A stretch of 52,510 nucleotides of DNA. Source: a virus (Duplodnaviria > Caudoviricetes). Each line of letters opens with the position of its first letter. Within the stretch, counting starts at the first letter, position 1. Below, one piece after another: positions 17,790 through 26,724 of this stretch. The DNA is taken from the IMG/VR virus record IMGVR_UViG_3300032257_000018, positions 1 to 52,510 of that record; one strand, given 5' to 3'. Made by a program: the position numbers and the translations under genes. The notes beneath the pieces were generated by a model, which was given only the letters and a program-made list of their open reading frames with translations, made no database searches and was not told the DNA's origin.

Positions 17790-18560
17790 ATGAGCGAACA
17801 AGTAACAAGCATTTCCACCACACAACAGAAGCCAAAGTCTCTAATCAGGGAAATGGCAGCCAAGTATAAAGTTGACCCAGAAAAACTGATGTCAACATTG
17901 AAAGCAACTGCATTTAAACAGCGTGGTAATGATGCGGTTACCAATGAGCAGATGATGTCTCTCATGGTTGTAGCTGATCAGTACGGATTAAATCCATTCA
18001 CAAAGGAAATATTCGCGTTCCCTGATAAACAGAACGGTATTGTTCCGGTTGTTGGTCTTGATGGCTGGTCACGCATTATGAACGAACACCCCCAGTTTAA
18101 TGGAATCGATTTTATATCATCCCGAACTATTGAAGAAATCGATAAAGATCACAAGCCATGCCCGGAATGGATAGAAGCCATTATTTATCGCAAGGATCGT
18201 GATCACCCTATCAAGGTAAAAGAATACCTTGATGAAGTGTATCGACCCGCATTTAAACCGCGCGGCAAAGATTACACAATTGACGGTCCCTGGCAGTCAC
18301 ACACAAAGCGCATGCTACGACACAAGGCGATGATCCAGTGTGCGCGTATTGCCTTTGGTTTTGCTGGCATCTATGACCAGGATGAAGCTGAACGCATTAT
18401 TGATATGGGTACCGCTGATGTCGTCATGGAAAGCAGCGGCAAAAATACTAAGGCAGATAGCCTGAATGAAGCATTCGGTATGAATGAAATCGATATATCT
18501 AATGAAGATGAGGAATTTCCGCTAACACCGGAAGAAGTTGCCGAATCTGAAGACCAGTAA
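17790..18560 (+). CDS. bet: Single-strand annealing recombinase (Red-beta/Bet)
   Basis: LKATAFK, VADQYGLNPFTKEIFAFPDK..GIVPVVGLDGWSRI, PWQSHTKRMLRHKAMIQCARIAFGFAGIYDQDEAERI. Confidence 0.93.
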   Translation: MSEQVTSISTTQQKPKSLIREMAAKYKVDPEKLMSTLKATAFKQRGNDAVTNEQMMSLMVVADQYGLNPFTKEIFAFPDKQNGIVPVVGLDGWSRIMNEHPQFNGIDFISSRTIEEIDKDHKPCPEWIEAIIYRKDRDHPIKVKEYLDEVYRPAFKPRGKDYTIDGPWQSHTKRMLRHKAMIQCARIAFGFAGIYDQDEAERIIDMGTADVVMESSGKNTKADSLNEAFGMNEIDISNEDEEFPLTPEEVAESEDQ

Positions 18561-18576
18561 TTATTAAATAATCGGA

Positions 18577-18948
18577 GTGATTAAAAACATGAACGAGAAT
18601 ATAACTACAAACGTAAATGAACTTATTACTGATCTTGGTGGCGGAGTTTTTGAACAGAAGCTATCAAAGGTTCTTTCTGAGGTAGCTGGCGCAGTTATCG
18701 ATCACGATGCCCCAGGAAAGATCATTATCACGTTTGACCTGAAGCGCATTGCAAATAGCTATCAGGTAACAGTTTCACACAAACTTGCTTATGTTCGCCC
18801 AACAAGCAGGGGAAAGAAATCTGAAGAAGATACCACTACAACCCCTATGCATGTGGGTACAAACGGCAATTTATCCGTATTCCCAGAAAATCAAACTCAA
18901 ATGTTTGACAAAAAAGGCGGCATAGCAACAGATCAGGAGAATTTATAA
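18577..18948 (+). CDS. Conserved phage protein (usual partner of DUF2303)
   Basis: DLGGGVFEQKLS..LSEVA, HKL...PT.RGK.SEEDTT.TPMHV. Confidence 0.75.
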   Translation: MIKNMNENITTNVNELITDLGGGVFEQKLSKVLSEVAGAVIDHDAPGKIIITFDLKRIANSYQVTVSHKLAYVRPTSRGKKSEEDTTTTPMHVGTNGNLSVFPENQTQMFDKKGGIATDQENL

Positions 18949-19763
18949 TGTCATTGACAAAAGAAGCAATACAGCATCTTCAGAATACTGGCACACCATA
19001 CAGAGAAGTTCTTACCACGAATGTACCAGTATTAGCTATGCCTGACAGTATAGGCATTCACTCACTTGAAAAATATCAACAAAATCGATCAAGTTTTCGA
19101 GGTTTTTTTATTACAAGCATGATTCGTCAATTTTCTGATTATTTTGAGCAAACCGATCAGCTCGACGCAAGTGTTTTCGTTGATTCCGCAAAAATGCAGG
19201 CTAAAACAATCTTTGATCTTGGCTCAAAAGATAATCCCGGTCATGGTCATCATTTTGCAGTGCTTGAATTATCGCCAACGGCTCCTTATAAGGAAGTCAT
19301 TTCAAAAGAACAGATGAAGCTTGATCAACGTGAAATGGCTGAACTACTCGAAGACTGGCGCGACCTGATAACGCCGCTTGATGCGGCTGGCGAACCAATA
19401 AAAATACAGTCTGCAATAGCGGCAATTCGTAACGTAACAATTGAGTGTAAGTCAGCACTTGGATCAGAGCAGGAAGCGCACAGATCGAGCAGAACGGCAC
19501 TGGAGACAATTGAAGCAAAGAGCAAAGATGTTTTGCCGGTAATGATTAATTTCACGTGTAATCCGTATCCTGAATTAACTACACGTGAGTTTTATATCCG
19601 AGTGAATATTTTGACAGGTGGCCGTGAACCGATTTTCTCTTTACGGGTAACCATGATGGAAGATCATCGTGACCAAATGGCACAGGAATTCAGTGATCTT
19701 ATTAAACACTCACTGCCAGAATCAACCACTGTTTTAATTGGCGACTTCAAACTAGGAAATTAA
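18948..19763 (+). CDS. DUF2303 / YfdQ-family protein
   Basis: SLEKY...R..FRG, IFDLG...PGH..H.A.L, Q.EMAE.LEDW, F.C.PY.EL. Confidence 0.8.
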   Translation: MSLTKEAIQHLQNTGTPYREVLTTNVPVLAMPDSIGIHSLEKYQQNRSSFRGFFITSMIRQFSDYFEQTDQLDASVFVDSAKMQAKTIFDLGSKDNPGHGHHFAVLELSPTAPYKEVISKEQMKLDQREMAELLEDWRDLITPLDAAGEPIKIQSAIAAIRNVTIECKSALGSEQEAHRSSRTALETIEAKSKDVLPVMINFTCNPYPELTTREFYIRVNILTGGREPIFSLRVTMMEDHRDQMAQEFSDLIKHSLPESTTVLIGDFKLGN

Positions 19764-19765
19764 TC

Positions 19766-20272
19766 ATGGCACGTGGAGTAAATAAAGCAATTATTGTCGG
19801 CAATGTCGGGCAAGACCCTGAAATGCGGTACATGCCGTCAGGTGCAGCCGTCGCAGAATTATCCGTCGCAACTACTGAGCAGTGGAAAGATAAGGAATCT
19901 GGCGAGAAGCAGGAGCGCACCGAATGGCATCGCATTACTTTTTTTGGTCGTCTTGCCGAGATCGTCGGCGAGTACATCAAAAAAGGCTCACAGGTGTACG
20001 TTGAGGGATCTATCAGAACCGAGAAGTGGCAGGACAAGCAAGGTAATGATCGATACACCACAAAGATTGTCGCAAGAGATATGCAGATGCTTGGCGGTAA
20101 ATCCGGATCTGGTGATCAACGTGCGGCATCTGAAGGCCAACGTGCGTCACAAGGTACCGCACCTCAAGAACGTGCGTCATATGGTGGCGCACCTCAAGAG
20201 CATGCATCACAAGGCGGCCAATTTGATGATGACATACCCTTCATTCAACATGAAAAAGGAATGATTATCTAA
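19766..20272 (+). CDS. ssb: Single-stranded DNA-binding protein
   Basis: [47 protein letters not shown]. Confidence 0.97.
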   Translation: MARGVNKAIIVGNVGQDPEMRYMPSGAAVAELSVATTEQWKDKESGEKQERTEWHRITFFGRLAEIVGEYIKKGSQVYVEGSIRTEKWQDKQGNDRYTTKIVARDMQMLGGKSGSGDQRAASEGQRASQGTAPQERASYGGAPQEHASQGGQFDDDIPFIQHEKGMII

Positions 20273-20625
20273 TGAAAAAGCTTAAATTCATTTCGCGCAC
20301 CGAAACGGGCTATGTAGTTAAGCCGTATAAACGCGGCAAGAAAATTAAATCAAAGTTTTTCGGTTTTAAGATGCATGGAGGAATCACCGTGGCAAAGAAA
20401 TCCGCCATCCTTCACCGTGATCTTGTTTGCTTAAAGCACGATATATCAACCGGTCGGCGCGCGTACTGGGGTAAAGGTTATCACTATGCCGCGTCAACGC
20501 AATCTTGGTATGCATCCTGGGGACCTAAAAACGACAGAAAGCAAAAGGCTTTTAGCGTTAAATCATTCGGGAAAAGACTCGCCAAAAAAATGGCCATAGA
20601 AAAAGCTAAAGAAATGAGGTCGTAA
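20272..20625 (+). CDS. Tandem AP2-domain-like DNA-binding protein
   Basis: Two units of the form SK.F...GG...AK..AI..RD and W.ASW....KQKAFSVK.FG...AK.MAI. Confidence 0.6.
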   Translation: MKKLKFISRTETGYVVKPYKRGKKIKSKFFGFKMHGGITVAKKSAILHRDLVCLKHDISTGRRAYWGKGYHYAASTQSWYASWGPKNDRKQKAFSVKSFGKRLAKKMAIEKAKEMRS

Positions 20626-20626
20626 C

Positions 20627-20899
20627 GTGACTAAACAAGAAAGAAAATTAAAATCGCTTCTTAAAAGTCTTCATCATTATTGTGAAGAAGAAAATATTCC
20701 TGTATTGGCGATGGTCGCAATCAAAAAGCAGGGTGCCATTGATGTCCGTGTAATGGCGAACTGGAAAAATGACGACGCACCTGAGCCAATAATCGCAGCT
20801 TACATGGCTGCAAACATATCAATGGAAAACAAAATTGAAGATATTCCCAAAAGCCTGGGGAAATCCATTGCGCAAGCGATCAGTGAGGATCAAGAATAA
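20627..20899 (+). CDS. Hypothetical protein
   Basis: GAGG SD, GTG start, TAATG coupling to next gene. Confidence 0.65.
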   Translation: MTKQERKLKSLLKSLHHYCEEENIPVLAMVAIKKQGAIDVRVMANWKNDDAPEPIIAAYMAANISMENKIEDIPKSLGKSIAQAISEDQE

Positions 20900-21345
20900 T
20901 GAGCGAGAAAAACATAGTTGTATTTGACCTTGATGGCACTATCGCCCTTATCGATCACCGATTGCATTACATTAAGCGCGATGATCCTGACTGGGAAGCA
21001 TTTCACATGGCTTGTGTTGATGATGTTCCTAATGAGGCTGTTATCACAGCACTGCAGGCCATGGCGCAAAGCGGTCACGTAATAATGATCATGACAGGAC
21101 GCAGTGAAATAGCAATGAATCTGACCCAGGACTGGCTTGAAGACAATAACGCTCTTTATGACAATCTAATTATGAGATCTCATGACGATTTTTTCACGCC
21201 GGATCATATTCTTAAAAAACAGTGGATAGAAGCCCGTCAAATTAAAGACCAAATTGTATGCGCCTATGATGACCGAGATAAGGTTGTAAGTATGTGGCGT
21301 AATGAAGGCATACCCTGCTTTCAGGTTGCCCCTGGCAACTTCTAA
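20899..21345 (+). CDS. HAD-family phosphatase (T4 PNK 3'-phosphatase-like domain)
   Basis: VFDLDGT, MTGR, LIMR, DDRDKVVSMWR..GIPCFQVA.GNF. Confidence 0.88.
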   Translation: MSEKNIVVFDLDGTIALIDHRLHYIKRDDPDWEAFHMACVDDVPNEAVITALQAMAQSGHVIMIMTGRSEIAMNLTQDWLEDNNALYDNLIMRSHDDFFTPDHILKKQWIEARQIKDQIVCAYDDRDKVVSMWRNEGIPCFQVAPGNF

Positions 21346-21378
21346 GTAATCTAATTTAACGATAAAGGAGAGAACACC

Positions 21379-22413
21379 ATGAGCGCAGTAGTTAAAGATA
21401 TCATAACCGACAATCAAGAGAATAAAATGCTTGTTGAATACAATCTTACTGATGATGCTATAAAAAAGCTATCTAAGCAGTTTGCTAATGCAAATATAAA
21501 TGATGATGATGGCTATAAGCATGTAAAAGCCGCAATCAGCACTATCGTTTCATACCGCTCAGGCATTGAAAAAAGACGCAAAGAATTGAAGGCTGATTCA
21601 CTGGACTGGGGCCGCAAGATCGACGCAGAAGCCAAGCGCATTACCGCCCTACTTGTTGAGATTGAAACTCCATTGAAGGCACTCAAGGATGAAGCTGAAG
21701 CTGAAGCCAAGCGCAAGAAGGAAGAAGCTGCCAAAATTGAGCGTGAACGTATTGAGATCATTAGAAATAAGATCAGTGGCTTCAATGCTAGAAATATGAT
21801 TCTTGTAGGGAAAGACTCCGAGCAGCTTGCTGACATCATAAGCGATATCAACTCAGTCGTTATCAGTGAGGATGAATACCAAGAGTTTGCATCGCAAGCT
21901 GAAGGTGTTCTCGCTGCATCAAAGGGAATACTGAAAAAAGAATATGATGATCGGGTTGAATTCGAAGCTCAACAGGTAAAAGCAGCACAGGAAGCGGCTG
22001 AATTAAAAGCCCAGCAGGACAAAATTGCAGCTGAGAAGAAAAAGCTTAAAGAAGAACAAGCTAGTATGGATGCTAAACGCGCTGAACTTGATCGACAAAA
22101 AGCAGAAATTGAGAAAGAAGCCGAGCCAGAAAAGGAAGGCCCTATAGAAACACCAGAGATTGTCAATAAAGCACCAGGGGATACTAAGCCCCAGTCAATT
22201 ACATCATCAAAACCAGCGTTAAAGCAAAACTTTACGCAAGATGATGTCAATCCTGACATTGAAGTACTTCTCGCATTCTCACGCCAGCTACCCGGAATGG
22301 TTCAGCTTCCAGCGGCAATAACAACCGATAACGGCCAGAAGCTTATAAATGCAGTTGAGGGAATGATCTCAAGGATGCAGGAATACATTGTTAAAAAATG
22401 CGGGGAGTTATAG
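21379..22413 (+). CDS. Coiled-coil hypothetical protein
   Basis: IEKRRKELK...GRKIDAEAKRI; long E/K/A-rich helices; AAGGAG SD. Confidence 0.75.
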   Translation: MSAVVKDIITDNQENKMLVEYNLTDDAIKKLSKQFANANINDDDGYKHVKAAISTIVSYRSGIEKRRKELKADSLDWGRKIDAEAKRITALLVEIETPLKALKDEAEAEAKRKKEEAAKIERERIEIIRNKISGFNARNMILVGKDSEQLADIISDINSVVISEDEYQEFASQAEGVLAASKGILKKEYDDRVEFEAQQVKAAQEAAELKAQQDKIAAEKKKLKEEQASMDAKRAELDRQKAEIEKEAEPEKEGPIETPEIVNKAPGDTKPQSITSSKPALKQNFTQDDVNPDIEVLLAFSRQLPGMVQLPAAITTDNGQKLINAVEGMISRMQEYIVKKCGEL

Positions 22414-22416
22414 ACA

Positions 22417-22614
22417 ATGTTTTCAGTGAAAATATTTATGCTCACCATTTCAACATCGTTTGCGGTTCTTACTTTGTTGTATATCGGTCTTAAAATTCAT
22501 GAGCGCAATGATCCGCATTCACCTGATCCAGTAAGTCAGGCTATTAAAAAGCTTGTTTTAACCGTATTTATCTTATGGTGGATTATAACCTGGATGGTTT
22601 GTAAGTATTCATAA
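22417..22614 (+). CDS. Small two-TM membrane protein
   Basis: Two hydrophobic segments; GGAG SD. Confidence 0.6.
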   Translation: MFSVKIFMLTISTSFAVLTLLYIGLKIHERNDPHSPDPVSQAIKKLVLTVFILWWIITWMVCKYS

Positions 22615-22635
22615 TTAACTAAAGAGGACAATATA

Positions 22636-23028
22636 ATGAAAAAGCTTGATGAAGCAAGCAAGGCAATATTTAAAGACTCGGTAGACTCACTGCAAAACCT
22701 ATGTCATGGGATTGCAAAAGACTCAGGCTGGTGGACTGATAAGGATGGTAACAGGCTAGAAAGAAATAAAGGCGAATTACTATGCTTGATTCACTCTGAA
22801 ATATCGGAATGCATGGAAGGCGTTAGAAAAGGTCTTCTTGATGATCACCTTCCAGACAGAAAGGCGGAAGAAGTTGAGCTGGCAGATGCCCTGATTAGAA
22901 TTTTAGACTATGCAGGCGGCTACGGTTTAGATCTTGGCGGCGCACTTGTTGATAAGCTTGCCTACAACACACAGCGATTAGATCATAAAATGAAATACCG
23001 AATGAAAGACGGAGGTAAGAAGTTTTAA
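22636..23028 (+). CDS. MazG-like nucleotide pyrophosphohydrolase
   Basis: LIHSEISECMEG.RK, EEVELADALIRILD, K..YN..R. Confidence 0.85.
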   Translation: MKKLDEASKAIFKDSVDSLQNLCHGIAKDSGWWTDKDGNRLERNKGELLCLIHSEISECMEGVRKGLLDDHLPDRKAEEVELADALIRILDYAGGYGLDLGGALVDKLAYNTQRLDHKMKYRMKDGGKKF

Positions 23029-23029
23029 A

Positions 23030-23365
23030 ATGCAAGATTCACTCAATAGATCCGAGCTATTCACTGATACCCTGCTACAAAGGGACCTGCTTCCATTGCG
23101 TGAATTTTGTAGAATATATGATTTCACAACCTCAAAAATATACACTTATATCAGTAGAGGCCAGATCGAGATAAACAAAGTCTACTTTAAAGACCCGCTC
23201 GGTCACATACATATATCTATTAAAGGATGGGAAGAATGGATACTAAGCAGTACCCAACTGGCGTCAGACCCAGCGGGGAAAAAATTCAAATCCGCTTCAA
23301 ACAAAGCGGCGACAGCAAATATACGCATGAAACTCTCAGGCTCAAAAATACCCCAGCTAACATAA
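23030..23365 (+). CDS. xis: Putative excisionase, C-terminus overlapping integrase
   Basis: wHTH-like N-terminus (LREFC..Y...KIYTYI.RG...P.GHI.IS..GWEEWI); GGAGG SD; 139-nt overlap with int. Confidence 0.65.
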   Translation: MQDSLNRSELFTDTLLQRDLLPLREFCRIYDFTTSKIYTYISRGQIEINKVYFKDPLGHIHISIKGWEEWILSSTQLASDPAGKKFKSASNKAATANIRMKLSGSKIPQLT

Positions 23366-24447
23366 AGAAAGCTGGTGAACTGAGAAAGCGTATTATCAGT
23401 GCTATTAAACATGGCACGTTTAACTATGCTGAATTTTTTCCGGACAGCCCTAATGCGTATGTAATAACCATTAAATCATTTGCATACTATGCCCAGGTAT
23501 GGCTTGACTCACCTGAACATGATTGGAGTGAAAGGACACGAATTAAATATAAAGAGTGCTTAAATCTTACGTGGATGCCATTACTACACGGCTATGCCAT
23601 CAATCAGATAAAGCACAGTGACCTTATAAGCGCGCTAAAGTATAGAATGGATAATTTTAAAGAAGCCAAGGGCCGCGATGTCAGCATAGCATTATACAAT
23701 GACTGGCTAACCGTTATCAGAGGTGTATTTCATGCCGCATGCATGGATGATGACTCAGGTGTAAATGTTCTTAATAATCCGACTATAAAACTATCGAATA
23801 AAAAGCGTGAACACAAAGAGCCTGATCCGTTCACCATCGAGGAAGCTAACTTGATAATCGATGATATGTATAAAAATGAATTGCCAATATGGGCAGCATG
23901 GTTTGAATTGGGTTTTTATTCTGGCATGCGATTCCCTTCCGAAGCCGCTGGCCTTGAGTGGTGTAATGTTGATTTCAGAAATAATCAGTTCAGAGTCACC
24001 CAGGCAAGGAACGTATATACAGAATCAGGATTCTCGAAGACAAAAACAAGAATGCAGCGCACCGTAGACATGAATAGTCGCAGCCTTCACGCCCTGAATA
24101 TTGCCAGATCAATTACAGGCTTTAATGATACCTATGTATTCATGCAAGGCAATGATCTTGTAACCAGCGCAAAACCCCAGCGAGCAATGTGGCGAGCTTG
24201 CCTGAAGCGACTGAAGATCCGGTACCGGGATATGTACAGCATGAGACATACCTTTGCTACATTCGGGTTAATGAGTGGACTGAACCCTGCTTACCTGGCA
24301 AAGATGCTCGGTCACCGGGTTGATACATTCTTTAAAGACTACGCGAAGTGGATTGACTCAAGTGGTCGGGACCTTCAAAGGCAGTTAATGAAGGATGCGA
24401 TTGATAAGGATAAAGGTATTTTAAGTAAGGGTAAGTCGGTGAAATGA
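23227..24447 (+). CDS. int: Tyrosine integrase with N-terminal arm-binding domain
   Basis: PTGVRP...IQIRF, SGMR, KTKT, YSMRHTFAT, LGH, Y(AKWI); next to attP. Confidence 0.95.
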   Translation: MGRMDTKQYPTGVRPSGEKIQIRFKQSGDSKYTHETLRLKNTPANIKKAGELRKRIISAIKHGTFNYAEFFPDSPNAYVITIKSFAYYAQVWLDSPEHDWSERTRIKYKECLNLTWMPLLHGYAINQIKHSDLISALKYRMDNFKEAKGRDVSIALYNDWLTVIRGVFHAACMDDDSGVNVLNNPTIKLSNKKREHKEPDPFTIEEANLIIDDMYKNELPIWAAWFELGFYSGMRFPSEAAGLEWCNVDFRNNQFRVTQARNVYTESGFSKTKTRMQRTVDMNSRSLHALNIARSITGFNDTYVFMQGNDLVTSAKPQRAMWRACLKRLKIRYRDMYSMRHTFATFGLMSGLNPAYLAKMLGHRVDTFFKDYAKWIDSSGRDLQRQLMKDAIDKDKGILSKGKSVK

Positions 24448-24490
24448 TGAATGACAAAATAATTGTTCTTTCAGAATTGAGGAGAATGAA

Positions 24491-24853
24491 ATGGTTAAAT
24501 ATTTTAAAAAACTAAATGAACTAATAAAAAGTCATAAACAAATCATGCGTGTAGTTGGTAGTTATGACAATGACCACAAATGGTTTATGAGTAGGCTGAC
24601 TCAAGCTGAAAATTTGATCAAAGACAGAACAGACATTAGTGCTAATGTCCATTTTCATGGGCGGAACAGAAATCAAATTATCGTTACAGGTAGATACAAA
24701 TCAAGGGATTATGTTCAGGTATTTACTTTAGCAGATAATGATTTAAGGTATTTAATAGAGCATCTTAGAGAAATGGAGCGTTTCGGTGTTGTTGATAAAG
24801 TTGATTCAATAATGGACATGCGTGCAGTAATTAAGCGCGAACTTAAATTGTAA
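24491..24853 (+). CDS. Hypothetical protein between int and attP
   Basis: GAGGAG SD; 120 aa; AT-rich. Confidence 0.7.
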   Translation: MVKYFKKLNELIKSHKQIMRVVGSYDNDHKWFMSRLTQAENLIKDRTDISANVHFHGRNRNQIIVTGRYKSRDYVQVFTLADNDLRYLIEHLREMERFGVVDKVDSIMDMRAVIKRELKL

Positions 24854-24884
24854 TTAAAAATTATGGCGGTTTGCTGGTAAAAAC

Positions 24885-25123
24885 TAAAAAGCCACCCTGA
24901 ATAATTCAAAAGTGGCTAAAAAGTGGTTAAGAAACCAAAGGAAAAACGTATATCACTGTTTTTCTTGTATAATATTGGAGCGGGAAACGAGATTCGAACT
25001 CTAAACAGCCAATTCATGCGAGTCTATGAAAGGCTAAGTTCTTGTTTTCGTTACATCACTCTTTCCAAGGTTGGCAGGATTATACATGGTTTTTAACAAA
25101 AGTGGCTAAAAAAGTGGCTAAAA
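24885..25123. other. attP: core identical in form to the tRNA-Gly 3' end, with arm-type repeats
   Basis: Core 24976-25001, reverse complement GAGTTCGAATCTCGTTTCCCGCTCCA; AAAAGTGG(C/T)TAA pairs at 24908/24919 and 25098/25110; IHF-like TAAGTTCTTGTTT near 25035. Confidence 0.9.
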
Positions 25124-25163
25124 ATTTAAAGCATTTATCTATAAATTAAAGGCGGCATCGATA

Positions 25164-26153
25164 ATGACCATGAATAATACTGACGATAGCAAGAACAGCT
25201 GGGACCAAGATGACTTTGAAGACGTTGTAGCTAGATCAATAGTTGCATGCTTTGAATCAAAGGTAAAAAAAAATAAGGGTGCATCACCTTCCGATAGGCT
25301 ATCAGTTAAGCATTTAAGGGCAATGAGAAACACAGGGTTATATGTCCCTGGCGACTCAAGGATTGTTATGGGTAAAAATAATGACAGGTGGGTTTTTGAT
25401 GTAGATAATGACCCACTGCCTATTAATGGGTGCGTGGCTTTTCATCATGAACATGATAAAAACGATCCGCATTACGATAGTTACTATAAAGGATATCTGC
25501 AGATCCGGCATTTTAAAAAAGTAAAACTCCTTGGTAAAAACTGGGAAAGAAAATCACCTGGATCTCTATATGAAATGGTCACGCTATGCCCAAATAATGA
25601 GCGCGTTGAAGGAGAGAGAAGCTTCTTTACTGTATCAAAAGAAGGTATTGTAACATCATGCGATAATACTATATCGTCAGTTAGAGGATACTTGCCAGGG
25701 GTAAAGCATGAAAAAATTTCCTTATCTCAAACAGACCCGCATACAATAGATCAAATAGAAGCCAATGGATCGCTTGGCCTTCAAATGCTGGCAGATAAAC
25801 GATTTTGCTGGGCAATAAGAGCAAAGGAAGATATCGCCAAAGTAGACCTTGGTTGCATGATAAGCGAGATTAAGTCGCTTCTTTATGCGAGAAGCCTACC
25901 AATGACAGCAACAGGAAGAAAGCGGCCCATACTTCATCTTGTTGAAGCTCATAAGCGACGCATTAAGAATGGTACCGATATTGATATAACTTCATTCCTA
26001 AGAGGCCAGCAGGTTGTTGAAATTGGCGGGACAGTATTTGAGGTTCATCCACCCGAATCATTGAAACCGGATGTATCAATAAATAGCCAGGACAAATATT
26101 ACAATGAAAATAATAGCGTAGCTAACTGTTCCTTTTCCGCCCCCACTAAATGA
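25164..26153 (+). CDS. Hypothetical moron protein
   Basis: 329-aa ORF; C-terminal R.R..LH.V..HKR...G...I...LRG motif; function unknown. Confidence 0.75.
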   Translation: MTMNNTDDSKNSWDQDDFEDVVARSIVACFESKVKKNKGASPSDRLSVKHLRAMRNTGLYVPGDSRIVMGKNNDRWVFDVDNDPLPINGCVAFHHEHDKNDPHYDSYYKGYLQIRHFKKVKLLGKNWERKSPGSLYEMVTLCPNNERVEGERSFFTVSKEGIVTSCDNTISSVRGYLPGVKHEKISLSQTDPHTIDQIEANGSLGLQMLADKRFCWAIRAKEDIAKVDLGCMISEIKSLLYARSLPMTATGRKRPILHLVEAHKRRIKNGTDIDITSFLRGQQVVEIGGTVFEVHPPESLKPDVSINSQDKYYNENNSVANCSFSAPTK

Positions 26154-26162
26154 GGTAATGAC

Positions 26163-26447
26163 ATGCTAACGAATATCGCCAATATCATTAACAATCGAAT
26201 CGGCCAGGATAAGCAGCTTCATTTTTTCTGGATGGCAGCATTATCAGCGATCATGACAAATATAGGCATGCTGACTAATCTTGAGCCATGGATATACAGG
26301 GTAATCACGTTGATAGTATGTAGCTTCTTGATAATCATGAAAGAAAAGGAGGATGGGAACAAGAACAGCAGGTCAGAGCATATCAATGACATGATAGCTG
26401 GTTATCTTGGTGTTGCTTTGGGAATGATGCTAAAGGGAGGTTTATAA
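26163..26447 (+). CDS. Small membrane protein (DKxLHF...KExxD...D..A...G type, VanZ/YfiM-like)
   Basis: DKQLHF, KEKED, DMIAGYLG motifs with TM segments; GAGG SD. Confidence 0.65.
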   Translation: MLTNIANIINNRIGQDKQLHFFWMAALSAIMTNIGMLTNLEPWIYRVITLIVCSFLIIMKEKEDGNKNSRSEHINDMIAGYLGVALGMMLKGGL

Positions 26448-26448
26448 C

Positions 26449-26724
26449 TTGACGAATCCGATCACATCGCCCATATTTGAGGCCATGACCTGCGAATTAT
26501 CCAGTTTTACAACATCATCGTTCATGATTATCGCCAATATTCTGGCGATAGCAGTGGCCCTGACTGTCCATTCAATATCCAATGCCAGGGCAAAGGCGCT
26601 ATACGATCACCATCAGGATGGCGAAAAGAAGCTGCATAGCGCGATATGGATCACCATATCAGTCATATCATACGCAGTGGTCTTATATGGCGTCCTTGCC
26701 ATGCTCAGATATGCAGCCTGTTAG
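26449..26724 (+). CDS. Small two-TM membrane protein
   Basis: GGAGG SD before TTG; two TM segments; stop overlaps the convergent giant gene's stop. Confidence 0.6.
   Translation: MTNPITSPIFEAMTCELSSFTTSSFMIIANILAIAVALTVHSISNARAKALYDHHQDGEKKLHSAIWITISVISYAVVLYGVLAMLRYAAC

Noticed and set aside
19794-20264. 156-aa alternative-frame ORF within ssb
   Set aside because: No SD; its length is partly explained by the repeat-rich, stop-poor linker; the ssb frame is clearly the conserved one
24976-25001. tRNA gene
   Set aside because: Only the last 26 nt of a tRNA are present, with no D or anticodon arm; it is the attP core
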